64,000 nucleotides of DNA from an uncultured delta proteobacterium (GCA_963847445.1 CAWJZV010000014.1:224001-288000); one strand, 5' to 3'; positions 1 through 9,992 are shown, counted from the stretch's first letter. The notes: generated from the letters alone by a model not told the origin. Made by a program: numbers and translations.

Positions 1-122
1 CGCACTTGGCGTGGGGCTTCGATGCCGAGTCGGATCTGATTGCCGCCCACTGCGACAATCGTGACGACGATGTCGTCGCCGATGGTGATGCTTTCGCCAA
101 CTCGGCGGCTTAAAATTAGCAT
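1..122 (-). CDS. csrA: Carbon storage regulator CsrA (3' end runs off the window)
   Basis: Manual translation gives [40 protein letters not shown]; it directly follows flgL. Not in the ORF track. Confidence 0.95.
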   Translation of the reverse strand, partial: MLILSRRVGESITIGDDIVVTIVAVGGNQIRLGIEAPRQV

Positions 123-131
123 GACACCACG

Positions 132-1040
132 TTAACGCAAAAAATCGAGCAGGCTCGGCTGAATCAGTTGCGAAGCTGACTGGAGGGCGGCCTGAAAGGC
201 TTGTTGATAGCGGGCAAAATCAGAATACACCGCCAAAGCGTCAGCATCCTCGATTTGCGAGCGGCGTTCGTCATTTTGAATCTTCATGATGCCGATAGCG
301 TCTTTGGCCACTTGAGCGTTGTTGACGCGGGCGCCAAACTCAGCGCGAAAGCTAAGGATCTGATCGACCGCGATGTCCAAACGGCCGATCTGCGTACGAA
401 TACCAGAAACACCGCTAACGTCGTTGTTTTGCAACGCCGTTTCCAAATCCAGGCAGATGTCGAAAATATCGACACCCGTCCCGAGGCCCACTCCTTGAAA
501 CACCTTATCGCCCGGCACATTCATCGGGATCGAACTAGCCGCACTTGTTTGCACCAAAATTTCGCCACTGTCCCCTGAATAGCTCACGACACCGCCACCC
601 TCGGAAAAAGGCGGCGTCCCGTTGACGAATCCAGCAAAGATAAAACGATTTTCCACTTTTGTGTTGGCAAGACTCAAAACCTGGTTTAACAACTCTCGGA
701 CTTCCTTGGAGGTTTGCACGCGTTGATCCGGCGAGTTGCTGTCATTGGCCATTGCCAGCGCAAGTTCCTTGGCGCGCACTAAACGGTCTACGACATTGTC
801 TAGCACGCTATCCGCCTGCTCAAACGCCGGCAGTGCGGTGTTTAGGTTTTTTTCGTATTGCGTGAGTGACTGCTCAAAACCACGCAATTCTAAGACTCGT
901 GCGGCGCCGATCGGGTCATCGGATAAATGATTGATTCGCCGTCCTGAGGTTACCGCCTCTTGTGTGCGCGCTAATCGCTGGAAAGAGCGCTGCAACCCCT
1001 CGGTGACTTGTGTGGAAATCGTTTGCTGTGTAATCCGCAT
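132..1040 (-). CDS. flgL: Flagellar hook-associated protein FlgL
   Basis: MRIT...SGRRINHLSDDP N-terminus, SLLDFLR C-terminus, follows flgK. Confidence 0.95.
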   Translation of the reverse strand: MRITQQTISTQVTEGLQRSFQRLARTQEAVTSGRRINHLSDDPIGAARVLELRGFEQSLTQYEKNLNTALPAFEQADSVLDNVVDRLVRAKELALAMANDSNSPDQRVQTSKEVRELLNQVLSLANTKVENRFIFAGFVNGTPPFSEGGGVVSYSGDSGEILVQTSAASSIPMNVPGDKVFQGVGLGTGVDIFDICLDLETALQNNDVSGVSGIRTQIGRLDIAVDQILSFRAEFGARVNNAQVAKDAIGIMKIQNDERRSQIEDADALAVYSDFARYQQAFQAALQSASQLIQPSLLDFLR

Positions 1041-1042
1041 GA

Positions 1043-2440
1043 TTAACGCACCATATCGATCAAAGATTGATACATTTCATCGGCCGTGCGCACGAGCATG
1101 GACGACGCTTCGAAGGCCCGCTGAAATTGAATCATCTTGGTCGCCTCTTCATCGAGATTGACTCCCGAAACCGATTCGCGCCGCGACTGGGTTTCGGTCA
1201 ATAGAGCTTGCTGAAAATCGACACGTGATTGTGCCGTCTGAGCCTGCGAACCGATATCGCCTACCAGGGAAAAAAAGTGATCTTCGAAGCTCTGCCCGCC
1301 CAAGGCGGCGATCGTCGTGCCGCGCAGACCGACTAGCGCCAGAGCATTGCGGTTGTCACCGGGTAACGCGGCGGGTGCGGCTGCTGCCGCGAGCAACCGC
1401 GGGTCAGCCGCCAGCGCCGCATCGACAGTGACATTGGCCGCAGCGCCGGCGGTGACGGTAATGGGTGTGAAAAGATTGCCGCCAACGGCGCCGGTTAGAC
1501 CGTAGCCAAGCGCATGCTGGCTATTGACTTCGTCGACCAGGTTCTTGGCCAACAGGTCGACCTCGTCGATGGTCCCTTGAACCTGGGTGTCGCGGGCATC
1601 GAGCAATGAACCGATTTTACCGGCGTTAAATAGCGTGGTGGCGTCAAACGCCGTGCCATCGGGGCTTTGATAGGTCACGAGGTGCAAGCTATTGCCGCCG
1701 ACAGCGTCGCTACTGAGCGTTGCAAAGCGCTCACCGCCGACCAATAGCAGGCCGCCCACGGTGACCATCACCTGACCGTTTTCGGACTCCCGCACCGTCG
1801 CGCCGGTAAGCAAGACCAGCTCTTGCAGCAGCGTCTGGCGCTGGTCACGGAAATCGTTGGCCGCTTCGCCGCGCACTTCGGTAAAAGTGATTCGATTGTT
1901 CAATCCGGCAATCTGCTCGGTCAACACGTTCAACCGCTGCGTGGCGCTGCCGAGATCCTGGTCCAAACCGCGCTGCAATGAAGTCAGCACCTGGCGCGTT
2001 TGCGCCAGCGTGTCGCCCAGCGCACGCGCCTTGCCGATTACGCTCACCCGTTCAGCCAGGCCCGCTGGATTGTTGGCTAGATCGGACAAAGCGCCGAAAA
2101 ATTCGCTGAGCGCGCCGTTAACGCCACCGGTCAAGGGGAAAGCTTCTTGGATGCTATTCAAGGCACGGCTTTGGGTATCGCTGTAACCGACCTCACCATG
2201 AAGACTTAAGAGTTCGGCTTCGACAAAATGGTCGACCACCCGGGAGACACCGGTGGCGTTGACCCCTTGGCCGATAAATACTCCACCGTTAAACGAGGGG
2301 TGGGCGGAAACCAGATCGACCCGTTGACGCGAGAAACCCGGTGTCGCGACATTGGCCAAATTATGACCGGTGGTCTGGATCGCCAACTGCGCTACCTTCA
2401 GAGCTTGCGCGGCGAGGGACAAAGTAGATGTGATACCCAT
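1043..2440 (-). CDS. flgK: Flagellar hook-associated protein FlgK
   Basis: TTGHNLANVATPGFSRQR and SVSGVNLDEE...FQRAFEAS motifs. Confidence 0.96.
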   Translation of the reverse strand: MGITSTLSLAAQALKVAQLAIQTTGHNLANVATPGFSRQRVDLVSAHPSFNGGVFIGQGVNATGVSRVVDHFVEAELLSLHGEVGYSDTQSRALNSIQEAFPLTGGVNGALSEFFGALSDLANNPAGLAERVSVIGKARALGDTLAQTRQVLTSLQRGLDQDLGSATQRLNVLTEQIAGLNNRITFTEVRGEAANDFRDQRQTLLQELVLLTGATVRESENGQVMVTVGGLLLVGGERFATLSSDAVGGNSLHLVTYQSPDGTAFDATTLFNAGKIGSLLDARDTQVQGTIDEVDLLAKNLVDEVNSQHALGYGLTGAVGGNLFTPITVTAGAAANVTVDAALAADPRLLAAAAAPAALPGDNRNALALVGLRGTTIAALGGQSFEDHFFSLVGDIGSQAQTAQSRVDFQQALLTETQSRRESVSGVNLDEEATKMIQFQRAFEASSMLVRTADEMYQSLIDMVR

Positions 2441-2462
2441 GAAGTTTTACTCTGGCCGGCTG

Positions 2463-2951
2463 CTAGACACGGCTCTGCAGCAAGGTCGATGCCGCCGGCG
2501 CGCTGCCGACAACTCCCGATTCGCCGTAGAGCGATAGCGCTGGCCGGGTTATAGCTCCCAACGCCTCTTGCACATGGGCCGAGATATGGCTCATGACGCT
2601 GTGGAGATTTTGTTGATCGGCCTGTAAACGCGAAAACACCGCGCGGGTGCGATCCTGCAAATCGCTCAGGCGCCTAAACTCCGGCCCGTTTGGCGGCAAG
2701 TCAGCGAGCAGTTGGCGGAGCGTCGTCAAGGCTCGATGCATGCCGGACTGATTCAAGAATTCGCTGCGCTTCTGTTCCAACTCGCTGAGCAGCCGCAACC
2801 AGGATTCACGCGCGGCGATTTGCCCAAGCAGGGCCTCGACGTTCCAATCGACGATCGCCTGTTTCTGCGCCGCCAAGTTATTTTCCAGTTCTTCGGCCAC
2901 CGTGAGTTCCTGTTCGAGGATAGCCGCCAACCGATCTAGTGCAATGCTCAT
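2463..2951 (-). CDS. flgN: Flagellar export chaperone FlgN
   Basis: Helical 162 aa protein between flgM and flgK with a C-terminal YG motif. Confidence 0.8.
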   Translation of the reverse strand: MSIALDRLAAILEQELTVAEELENNLAAQKQAIVDWNVEALLGQIAARESWLRLLSELEQKRSEFLNQSGMHRALTTLRQLLADLPPNGPEFRRLSDLQDRTRAVFSRLQADQQNLHSVMSHISAHVQEALGAITRPALSLYGESGVVGSAPAASTLLQSRV

Positions 2952-2960
2952 GGGATGGCC

Positions 2961-3282
2961 CTACTTCTTTTCCAGCAGGCGCATGACTTCGGCGCGCGCG
3001 ATGCTTTTGGCGACCTCGTCCTCGCTGACCTGATATTGGCCGTTGGCGATTTGCTCTTTGAGCGCTTCTACCTTTGCGTTACGCAATTGATCGCCTTTGC
3101 GCGCCAACTCGGCGATTCGTTGCAACTCTCTGGCCTCGGGCGAGATTTTGACGCTGGCCGACTCGCCACTGCGCTGAGCCGCCATCGCATCCTTATTCGA
3201 TGCCCGCAACAGCGGTTTTTTTGTCGTTTTGAACGATCTTAGCGAGATCGCTGCTCTCGGCGCCTTTGGGGGTGATCTTCAT
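2961..3282 (-). CDS. flgM: Anti-sigma28 factor FlgM (1-nt frameshift at the A7 run near 3216-3222, probably a sequencing error)
   Basis: VKISPEAR and KVEALKEQIANGQYQV motifs; MKI start at 3282 with AGAGGAG RBS. Confidence 0.88.
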
Positions 3283-3304
3283 GTCTTACTCCTCTACAGG
3301 GAAA

Positions 3305-3331
3305 CTATCGGCCAGTCGCTGCCGGACTTTA
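3305..3331 (-). promoter_or_regulatory. sigma28 (FliA) promoter of flgM-flgN-flgK-flgL-csrA
   Basis: TAAA-N15-GCCGATAG on the minus strand upstream of the flgM RBS. Confidence 0.85.
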
Positions 3332-3398
3332 AGCCCGCACTGTTTCTTTAAACTGCCAAAAAGACTGCCAAGCTATGCCAAGCCTCGTCGCTACTGTT

Positions 3399-4166
3399 CT
3401 ACACCTTTGAACTAAGCCTCGTACCTTTTGCCGCGGCCGCAAGAAACATTTTGGGATCCACCGCCCGACCATCCAGGCGCGCTTCAAAGTGCAGATGATC
3501 GCCGCTGGCCCGGCCGGTCCGGCCGACCAGCCCAATCTGCCGGCCGGCATCGACCTGATCGCCGACATTGACCAGATTTTTGGAGTTGTGGCCGTAGCGC
3601 GTCACCCAACCGCCACCATGATCGACTTCGATCAGATTGCCGTACCCCGGCATAACGCCGCTAAAAACCACCCGGCCCGGCGCCGCCGCGTGAATCGGCG
3701 CACCAGCCGCCGCCGCAATATCGACGCCGTGATGAAACTTGCGCTGGCCGTCGAATGGATCAGCGCGCACGCCGAAGCTTGAAGAAACCACACCCGGCGC
3801 GGGCAACGAGAGCGGCAGTGGTGTCGCCGGCAACCACGGATCGCTCGCAGGTTGAGTCTTGTTGAGCTCCATGGGGAGACGTTGGAAATTTTTTTCCACC
3901 GCCTTGGCCACGCCACTGGAGTCCCGCCGCGCCACCACACGGGCCACCTCGGCATCCATCATCGAGGTAAAAAAATCGCGCGACATCGATTCGCCCTCTA
4001 CTAGACTCTCCTGTGGCATCGCCGCGCGCATCGCTTTCAAGACCTCTTGATAGAGAAACGCGGTGAACTCCTGAGCCAGCTTGCGCCGCTGGAGCCCATC
4101 GGCCGGCTGTGCCGTCGGGCTGGTCCGCGGCTGCAAGGCAATTGGGTTTGGCAATTTGATTTCCAT
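3399..4166 (-). CDS. flgJ: FlgJ rod-binding domain fused to an M23 (LytM) peptidase
   Basis: LAQEFTAFLYQEVLKAMR rod-binding motif; C-terminal HHGVD and HLH M23 zinc motifs; flgI-flgJ-flgM position. Confidence 0.85.
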   Translation of the reverse strand: MEIKLPNPIALQPRTSPTAQPADGLQRRKLAQEFTAFLYQEVLKAMRAAMPQESLVEGESMSRDFFTSMMDAEVARVVARRDSSGVAKAVEKNFQRLPMELNKTQPASDPWLPATPLPLSLPAPGVVSSSFGVRADPFDGQRKFHHGVDIAAAAGAPIHAAAPGRVVFSGVMPGYGNLIEVDHGGGWVTRYGHNSKNLVNVGDQVDAGRQIGLVGRTGRASGDHLHFEARLDGRAVDPKMFLAAAAKGTRLSSKV

Positions 4167-4184
4167 GATCGTGACTGAATTACG

Positions 4185-5324
4185 CTACATGACGATCAGT
4201 TCAGCTTGCAGCGCGCCGGCTTCGCGCAATGCCTCGAATACCGCGATCAAATCCCGCGGCGTCACACCCAACGAGTTGAGCGCTTGAACAAGTTGATTGA
4301 GCGAGACACCCGCACCGCCGGGCAATTCGACCAATTGCCGGCTTTCCGGCTCTTTGATGGTGACGTTAGTGTCTGGCACCACCACGGTTTGACCACGCCC
4401 CCAGGGATTGGGCTGAGAAACGTTCAAGTCAGTCTTGACCGTAATATGCAGCCCGGCGTGAGCCACTGCCACCGGTGCTATGCGCACATCCTTGCTGATA
4501 ATCACCGTGCCGGTTCGTTCGTTGATGACAATTCGCGCGATGTTGTCAGGGGCAATTTCAACCGATTCCAGGGCGGCGATAAAATCCACGGCTCGATCTT
4601 TGTAATTCTCCGGCAGTCCAACGGTCACGACGCCAGGCGAAAGCGCTTGCGCACCGATCTGCAGCGATCCTTTATTTAAGGCTTCGGCCACCCGCCGCGC
4701 GGTGGTAAAATCTGGCTTGTTCAAATTGATGCGAATTTGTCCCTCGCGCGAAACGACATTGGACGCGATCCCGCGTTCGAGCAACGCGCCGGCGGTTACT
4801 CGTCCCGCGGTCTGGTGGTTCTTGGTAATCTTGGCATTAATCCCAATAGCGGTATAGCCACCGCCTAAACTCACCGGCCCTTGGGCCACGGCGTAGACTT
4901 TGCCATCAGGTCCTTTGAGCGGCGTCAAGAGCAAGATTCCGCCCGATAAGCTCGTGGCATCGCCGATCGAAGAAATAGTTGCGTCGAGTCGGGTTCCCGG
5001 TTGGACAAAAGCCGGCACTTCCGTGGTAACCATCACTGCGGCGACGTTTTTTACGTCCACGTCAGCCGGGTTGAGGCGGAGGCTATAGTCTTGCAGCAGA
5101 TTGGTCAGGCTCTGCACGGTAAATTCGGTGTTCTGCCGATCGCCCGTGCCGTTTAGACCAACCACCAAGCCATAGCCGATCAATTGATTGGCGCGGAACC
5201 CTTCGATCTGAGCCAAATCCTTAAGCCGCGCGGCGCTGGCGTCAAGGCAAAAGACCAAAGGCAAAAGTAAAAATGCCGCCGCACGGACAAACATCAGCCG
5301 CCAAGTCAGGCGTAAAGTTTTCAT
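4185..5324 (-). CDS. flgI: Flagellar P-ring protein FlgI
   Basis: RLKD...NQLIGYGLVVGLNGTGD, INERTGT and AGALQAEL motifs; start placed downstream of a 7-mer repeat tract. Confidence 0.96.
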   Translation of the reverse strand: MKTLRLTWRLMFVRAAAFLLLPLVFCLDASAARLKDLAQIEGFRANQLIGYGLVVGLNGTGDRQNTEFTVQSLTNLLQDYSLRLNPADVDVKNVAAVMVTTEVPAFVQPGTRLDATISSIGDATSLSGGILLLTPLKGPDGKVYAVAQGPVSLGGGYTAIGINAKITKNHQTAGRVTAGALLERGIASNVVSREGQIRINLNKPDFTTARRVAEALNKGSLQIGAQALSPGVVTVGLPENYKDRAVDFIAALESVEIAPDNIARIVINERTGTVIISKDVRIAPVAVAHAGLHITVKTDLNVSQPNPWGRGQTVVVPDTNVTIKEPESRQLVELPGGAGVSLNQLVQALNSLGVTPRDLIAVFEALREAGALQAELIVM

Positions 5325-5369
5325 CGAGTTTTGCGAATTATGAATTATCAATTTTCCATTTTCCATTCG

Positions 5370-6083
5370 TTAGAACGGCCAGACGAGATCGAACAGCCAG
5401 GTGCCCCAGCCGGATCTTTGCTTGTCAGCCACCACGCCGAGACCGCCGATGGAGATATTGGCGTCGGCCAATTGAGTCGACAGAACAATGTTGTCGCGGC
5501 TTACATCCTGCGGCCGCACGACACCCGTGAGGGTCATAAACTGCTGCTCATGATTGACCAGAACTTCCCGAGTGCCTTGCACAACCAGGTTGCCGTTGGG
5601 CAATACCTCGCGCACCACTGCGGTCATGGTCGCGGTCAGCTGACCGCTGCGGGTTGTCACGCCCGCCCCCTGATGACTGTTCTCCGATGTGGTTGCTAAA
5701 AGGTCCTCGCTTAACTTGAAAAGGTTTAGAAACTTCTTTTTACCGAAGAACGTGCTGAAGCTGGCATTGGCCGAAGAGTTGCGCGACAGGTCGGTGTCTG
5801 CGGTATTGTTCGCCTGCGTGCTTTCAATGATGCGCACGGTGAGGATATCGCCCATCCGTAGAGCTTTTTTATCGGCGTAAAAAAACACGTGATCGTCGGC
5901 CGGCCATAGCGAACCTTGCGACGCCGGTTGATTGCTTTTGGCCGTCACGTCGGTTTGTCCGAGCCGCCCCACTTCTCGGGCCATCTCCAGTTCGCTGGGC
6001 TTGGGAAAAAATCTTTTTTCGATCATCGGCCCACAAGCCGCGAGCGTCAAGGCTAACGGCCAGACTGCAATATATCGGCGCAT
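5370..6083 (-). CDS. flgH: Flagellar L-ring lipoprotein FlgH
   Basis: Lipobox LAAC; GDILTV, VLPNGNL and GVVRPQD motifs; C-terminal WPF. Confidence 0.95.
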   Translation of the reverse strand: MRRYIAVWPLALTLAACGPMIEKRFFPKPSELEMAREVGRLGQTDVTAKSNQPASQGSLWPADDHVFFYADKKALRMGDILTVRIIESTQANNTADTDLSRNSSANASFSTFFGKKKFLNLFKLSEDLLATTSENSHQGAGVTTRSGQLTATMTAVVREVLPNGNLVVQGTREVLVNHEQQFMTLTGVVRPQDVSRDNIVLSTQLADANISIGGLGVVADKQRSGWGTWLFDLVWPF

Positions 6084-6835
6084 CAGTTTACCTTCACGTT
6101 GCGCTCGTCGAGCACCACACCGCGCAACATTTTCCCTGAAGTGAAATTTTTCACCTGAATCAAGTCGCCCATCCTACCGCCCTCTTCGGCGACGCCCTGG
6201 GTTTCTACCCGTAGGCTGCCGGAATCGAAAACCAAGGTTATCGGACTGCCGCGCTTGAGTAGCGTCGGTCGCTCGATGGCGTTGGCGGTAATGACATCGT
6301 CGCTCTGGATGGAGCGGGTGGATTGTTTACCGACTACGTCGTCGAGGCGTGTAAAGAACTGGGCCGTGCGGCTGGTGATTTCGCGCCGCTCCAGGCGCAA
6401 GTCTTTCGCACTGAGAGTTTCTTGGCGCCCGATCGGCCGGGCCGCCACCACCACTTGATCGTAAACCCGAACCTCCGCCTTCACCCAAAAGCGCGCCTCT
6501 TCCTTCGCGCCGACATGGGCAACGATGAGAAAACTCTGCACGCCGGCGCCGCCGCGCGCCGACTGCACCACCCGCAGGCGCGCTACGCCGGCCGGCAGCA
6601 GCACCGGTTGGAACGGCAGCACGCGGAGCTCGAGATTCTCCAGCCGCCGAGGTTCCGCTTGGCGCATATGACGGAGCAGAAGTGCCTCCACCGCGCCGCT
6701 GTCGAGCGGCTGGGTCTGGCTGCCGTCGGCCTGCACCGACAACGCCAAACCGAGCAGTAGCGCCAAGAGCCAGCGGCCGACGCTGGCAACAATTTCTCGC
6801 GGCCGCCCGTAGGTAAACCAGTAAGTAGAATTCAT
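6083..6835 (-). CDS. flgA: P-ring chaperone FlgA
   Basis: SAF domain and G.A.E.G..GD.I.VKN..SGK C-terminus. Confidence 0.92.
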   Translation of the reverse strand: MNSTYWFTYGRPREIVASVGRWLLALLLGLALSVQADGSQTQPLDSGAVEALLLRHMRQAEPRRLENLELRVLPFQPVLLPAGVARLRVVQSARGGAGVQSFLIVAHVGAKEEARFWVKAEVRVYDQVVVAARPIGRQETLSAKDLRLERREITSRTAQFFTRLDDVVGKQSTRSIQSDDVITANAIERPTLLKRGSPITLVFDSGSLRVETQGVAEEGGRMGDLIQVKNFTSGKMLRGVVLDERNVKVN

Positions 6836-6847
6836 AAACGCTTACCC

Positions 6848-7636
6848 TTATCCTCGGATCAAGTTGTTGGCCGTCTGCATCATTTCATCGGCGGTGCGAA
6901 TCGCCCGCGAATTGATCTCGTAGGCGCGCTGGCTGGTAATCAAACCGACCATCTCTTCGACCACATTGACGTTGGAACCTTCGACGAAACCTTGGATCAG
7001 CGTGCCCAAGCCATCCCGTCCGGGAGTGCCGACGGTGGCATCGCCGGATGCCTGGGTGGGCAGAAACACGTTGCGACCCTGGCTGAGCAGACCGGCCGGA
7101 TTGATGAAGCGCGCCAGCTCGATGCTGCCAACCTGTTGCGGCTGGGTTTGGCCCGCCACGGAAATTGAGACGATACCGTCGACACCGATTACGACGTTCA
7201 CGGCATTTTGCGGAATGGTGATTTGCGGCTGCAACGTAAACCCGTCGCTGGTTACCATCTGCCCCTGGCTGTTCTTCTTAAATGTGCCGGCGCGGGTGTA
7301 GCCGGTGTCGCCGCTCGGCAGCGTAACTTGAAAAAAACCGTCGCCTTCGATGGCCATATCGAGGGAGTTGCCGGTCTGCTGCATGTCGCCTTTGATGAAC
7401 AGGCGTTGAGTCGCTACCGCCCGGGTGCCATGGCCGACTTGAAATCCTGTGGGGATTTCTTGGCCCTGGGCCGACGACGCGCCGGGAGCCTGTAGAGTTT
7501 CGTAAACCAGATCTTGAAAATCGACCCGGCTACGCTTGAAGCCGGCGGTTTGCACGTTGGCCAGGTTGTTGGCGACCACATCGAGGGTGAGTTGCTGGGC
7601 TTGCATGCCGGTTGCGGCGGTCCATAGTGCGCGCAT
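6848..7636 (-). CDS. flgG: Distal rod protein FlgG
   Basis: ANNLANV, FQDL.Y and SNVNVVEEMV...QRAYE motifs. Confidence 0.97.
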   Translation of the reverse strand: MRALWTAATGMQAQQLTLDVVANNLANVQTAGFKRSRVDFQDLVYETLQAPGASSAQGQEIPTGFQVGHGTRAVATQRLFIKGDMQQTGNSLDMAIEGDGFFQVTLPSGDTGYTRAGTFKKNSQGQMVTSDGFTLQPQITIPQNAVNVVIGVDGIVSISVAGQTQPQQVGSIELARFINPAGLLSQGRNVFLPTQASGDATVGTPGRDGLGTLIQGFVEGSNVNVVEEMVGLITSQRAYEINSRAIRTADEMMQTANNLIRG

Positions 7637-7735
7637 TTTGTCCTCGCTTTGCTCGGAATTTCAGGTTACAGATTGCAAATTCCAGATTACCGATCGACCT
7701 TCGTTAATTTTGAATATGTAATTTTGGACTATCTT

Positions 7736-8449
7736 CTATCGACTGTTATCGCTGAGAATTTTCTCGGTTATCGAATCGAGCAGCTTCATCGCCCGCTGGT
7801 AGCTTTCGAACTGGCGATTGATGCTGATCAAGGCGACCATACTATCGACGGCACCGACGTTGGATTGTTCGAGATGCCCCTGGACGACGCGCGCGTCGTC
7901 GGCGAGGGTGACGTTGGCGACATCGCTGCGAAACAGATTCGCGCCCTCTTTCTCCGCTTTACCGGCGTCTTTAAAGCGCACCATGCGCAGTTTGCCGATT
8001 TCGTTGTCATCCGAACGCACCGTACCGTCAGCGGCGACCTCCATCGACGCGCCGTCCAACTGGATAGGTCCGCCCTCGCCGAGCAGCGGATCGCCGCCTG
8101 GCGTGATCACCGTGCCATCGGCTCGCAGGGTAAAGCCGCCGTTGCGCGTGTAGCGCTCGCCGCGCGGCGTTTGAATAACAAAATAACCGTCCCCTTCGAG
8201 GGCCAGATGAAAGGGGTTGCCGCTGCCTTCAATGGCGCCCTGGTGCAGATTGGTGCGTTGGCCGGCGACCGCGACGAAGCCGCCGGGCCGGTCCTCCGGC
8301 GCCACCCGCTTAGCCAGCACCTCGCTGAAAGCCAAACGCTGTCCCTTGTAGCCCGCCGTGTTGATGTTGGCTAAATCCTGCGACGCGGTTTCGAGCCGGC
8401 GCATCTCCACCACCGCGCCGGAGAGAGCTTTATACATCGCTGCTTCCAT
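7736..8449 (-). CDS. flgF: Proximal rod protein FlgF
   Basis: LANINTAGYK, YTRNG and QGHLEQSNV motifs; upstream of flgG. Confidence 0.92.
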   Translation of the reverse strand: MEAAMYKALSGAVVEMRRLETASQDLANINTAGYKGQRLAFSEVLAKRVAPEDRPGGFVAVAGQRTNLHQGAIEGSGNPFHLALEGDGYFVIQTPRGERYTRNGGFTLRADGTVITPGGDPLLGEGGPIQLDGASMEVAADGTVRSDDNEIGKLRMVRFKDAGKAEKEGANLFRSDVANVTLADDARVVQGHLEQSNVGAVDSMVALISINRQFESYQRAMKLLDSITEKILSDNSR

Positions 8450-8500
8450 GTCAGTTACCTCAAAGCAATCCGCGTACCCTGACGCGGCAAACTGCGGTTT

Positions 8501-9100
8501 CTAGGCATTGATGCCGCTAAAATGGTGTAACTCGTTTTCCCGTTTCGCCGCCTCGCTCGTCGCCTTGCGAATGACATCGACCAAGCGCATCGGATCGGCG
8601 GCATTTTTTTCCCTGGGGGCGGCAATTTTTGTCTGGGGCTGGCTCTCCCGCTTTGGACTTGGCTCCTCGCCGCCTTTGCGCGCCGCCGGGCTTCGCTCTT
8701 TGATCGTCATCCGTTGCAGCTCACGGACGAGCTGGACCTGCGGTAAGGGCAGATTGAGCATCGACGCGACCCGCTGCGGTTCCTGGCCATCGCCAAGCAG
8801 CAACGCGGCGGCGGCGTATTGCTCCTTTTTCTCCCCCCCCGGCTGCAACGTCAGCGCGCGCAGTCTTTGCTCGGCGCTCTCGGCGCGGGTAAGCAAGGAT
8901 TCGAGATTTTTTTGCACCAGCTGGAGGGATTGAAAAAAACTCGCGTTGCTCAGCTCGGCCGCGCGCAGCACGTCTTCCAGTTGCGCGACACTGTCGTTTT
9001 TCATCTCGACACCGGCTTTGCGCCGGCGCCATTTGAGGGCGCATAAAGCCACCAGACCCAAACTGAGAACCGCGCTGACAAATATCATCATGTCCGTCAT
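8501..9100 (-). CDS. Membrane-anchored coiled-coil protein with a DUF2802-like C-terminal HTH (paralog B)
   Basis: AGGAG RBS before ATG 9100; TM helix, coiled coil, YAAAALLL...VASMLNLPLPQVQLV. Confidence 0.7.
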   Translation of the reverse strand: MTDMMIFVSAVLSLGLVALCALKWRRRKAGVEMKNDSVAQLEDVLRAAELSNASFFQSLQLVQKNLESLLTRAESAEQRLRALTLQPGGEKKEQYAAAALLLGDGQEPQRVASMLNLPLPQVQLVRELQRMTIKERSPAARKGGEEPSPKRESQPQTKIAAPREKNAADPMRLVDVIRKATSEAAKRENELHHFSGINA

Positions 9101-9186
9101 GATTGGACTCCTTTCAAGTTTGAGCGCCCCGGCCGACTGGCCGAAGCGCGCCTGAGAGTTGTTGTTGCCATAGGATGCCTGCGTGA

Positions 9187-9734
9187 TTACGCCGGCGCCG
9201 TTAAGCGCGTGCGCCGGCTCAACGATGTCGGTGAGCAGTACCGGCTGGGGTCTCGCTTTGGCCGAGCGCGTCAGGGCTTTTCTTTTTGCCGTTCTTGCCG
9301 GCTGCGGCGGCTCGACCTCGGGATTCGTCTTTACGCCGGTGCCGAGGATTCTTCTGAGGTCGCCAATCATCTCCACTTGGGCAAGCGGCAAGCCGAGCAC
9401 GCCGGCGATCCGGTCGCCGTCAAGTCCGGCGGCGAACAGCAGCGCCGCCGCCTCGTAGTGTTGCCGGCGCTCCGGCAGCGGCGCTGCCATGAGACTATCG
9501 AGCTTGCGCTCGACCGCCGTCGTGCGCTGGTCCAACGAAGATAAACTATCGTGCAGCTTCTCCAAGCCATTCAAGCAGGTCTGCTGCGTCTAGAGCCGCA
9601 AGCCGCGCCGGTTCCTCCCCTCGCTGAGGCTCCACAGCGCCGCGCTTTTGCGCCGCGGCGCGCTGGCGCCTGAACAACAAGACGATCGCCGCCAGTAACA
9701 ACCCCGCTGAAAGTTCGACAATGATTATTTCCAT
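9187..9734 (-). CDS. Membrane-anchored DUF2802-like protein (paralog A; indels near 9570 and 9195)
   Basis: GAAGGAG RBS, MEIIIVELSAGLLLAAIVLLFRR TM; YEAAALLF...IAGVLGLPLAQVEMI. The ORF track fuses it to paralog B; the end coordinate is inferred. Confidence 0.6.
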
Positions 9735-9776
9735 ACGGTTCTCCTTCTTCTTGACTGCTTCATGGGCGTTTCGCAC

Positions 9777-9992
9777 TCAAACACTAATGTCGAGATGCTT
9801 ACCTTTATCCTTTGTTGCGTCGTCTGGCTCCGCGCCTGGCTCTTCACTGTGATTCTCAGGCGCATCGGCGCCGCCATGATGAGGCTTGCGTCTCTCCGCG
9901 CCCGACTTTTCTTTCGGGCGTTCCCTGCCAACCTGCCGTCCACGATCGACGGACACCGAAGGGGGAACGATCCGATTGATCGAATCTGCCAT
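9777..9992 (-). CDS. Small charged flagellar-locus protein ending in KGKHLDISV
   Basis: ORF directly after fliA; G..LD.. C-terminal motif as seen in small motility-locus proteins. Confidence 0.6.
   Translation of the reverse strand: MADSINRIVPPSVSVDRGRQVGRERPKEKSGAERRKPHHGGADAPENHSEEPGAEPDDATKDKGKHLDISV

Noticed and set aside
3354-3381. Three TGGCA direct repeats upstream of flgM (similar GGCAT-N4-TGGCA at 9167-9180)
   Set aside because: GG-to-GC spacing does not fit sigma54, and two instances are too few to define a binding site
8464-8479. sigma54-like GGGTACGCGGATTGCT upstream of flgF
   Set aside because: Spacing is correct, but the predicted start site would fall downstream of the RBS, about 4 nt from the ATG; not called
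8501-9574. 357-aa single ORF in the track
   Set aside because: An internal RBS and TM segment plus duplicated domains indicate two genes joined by an indel
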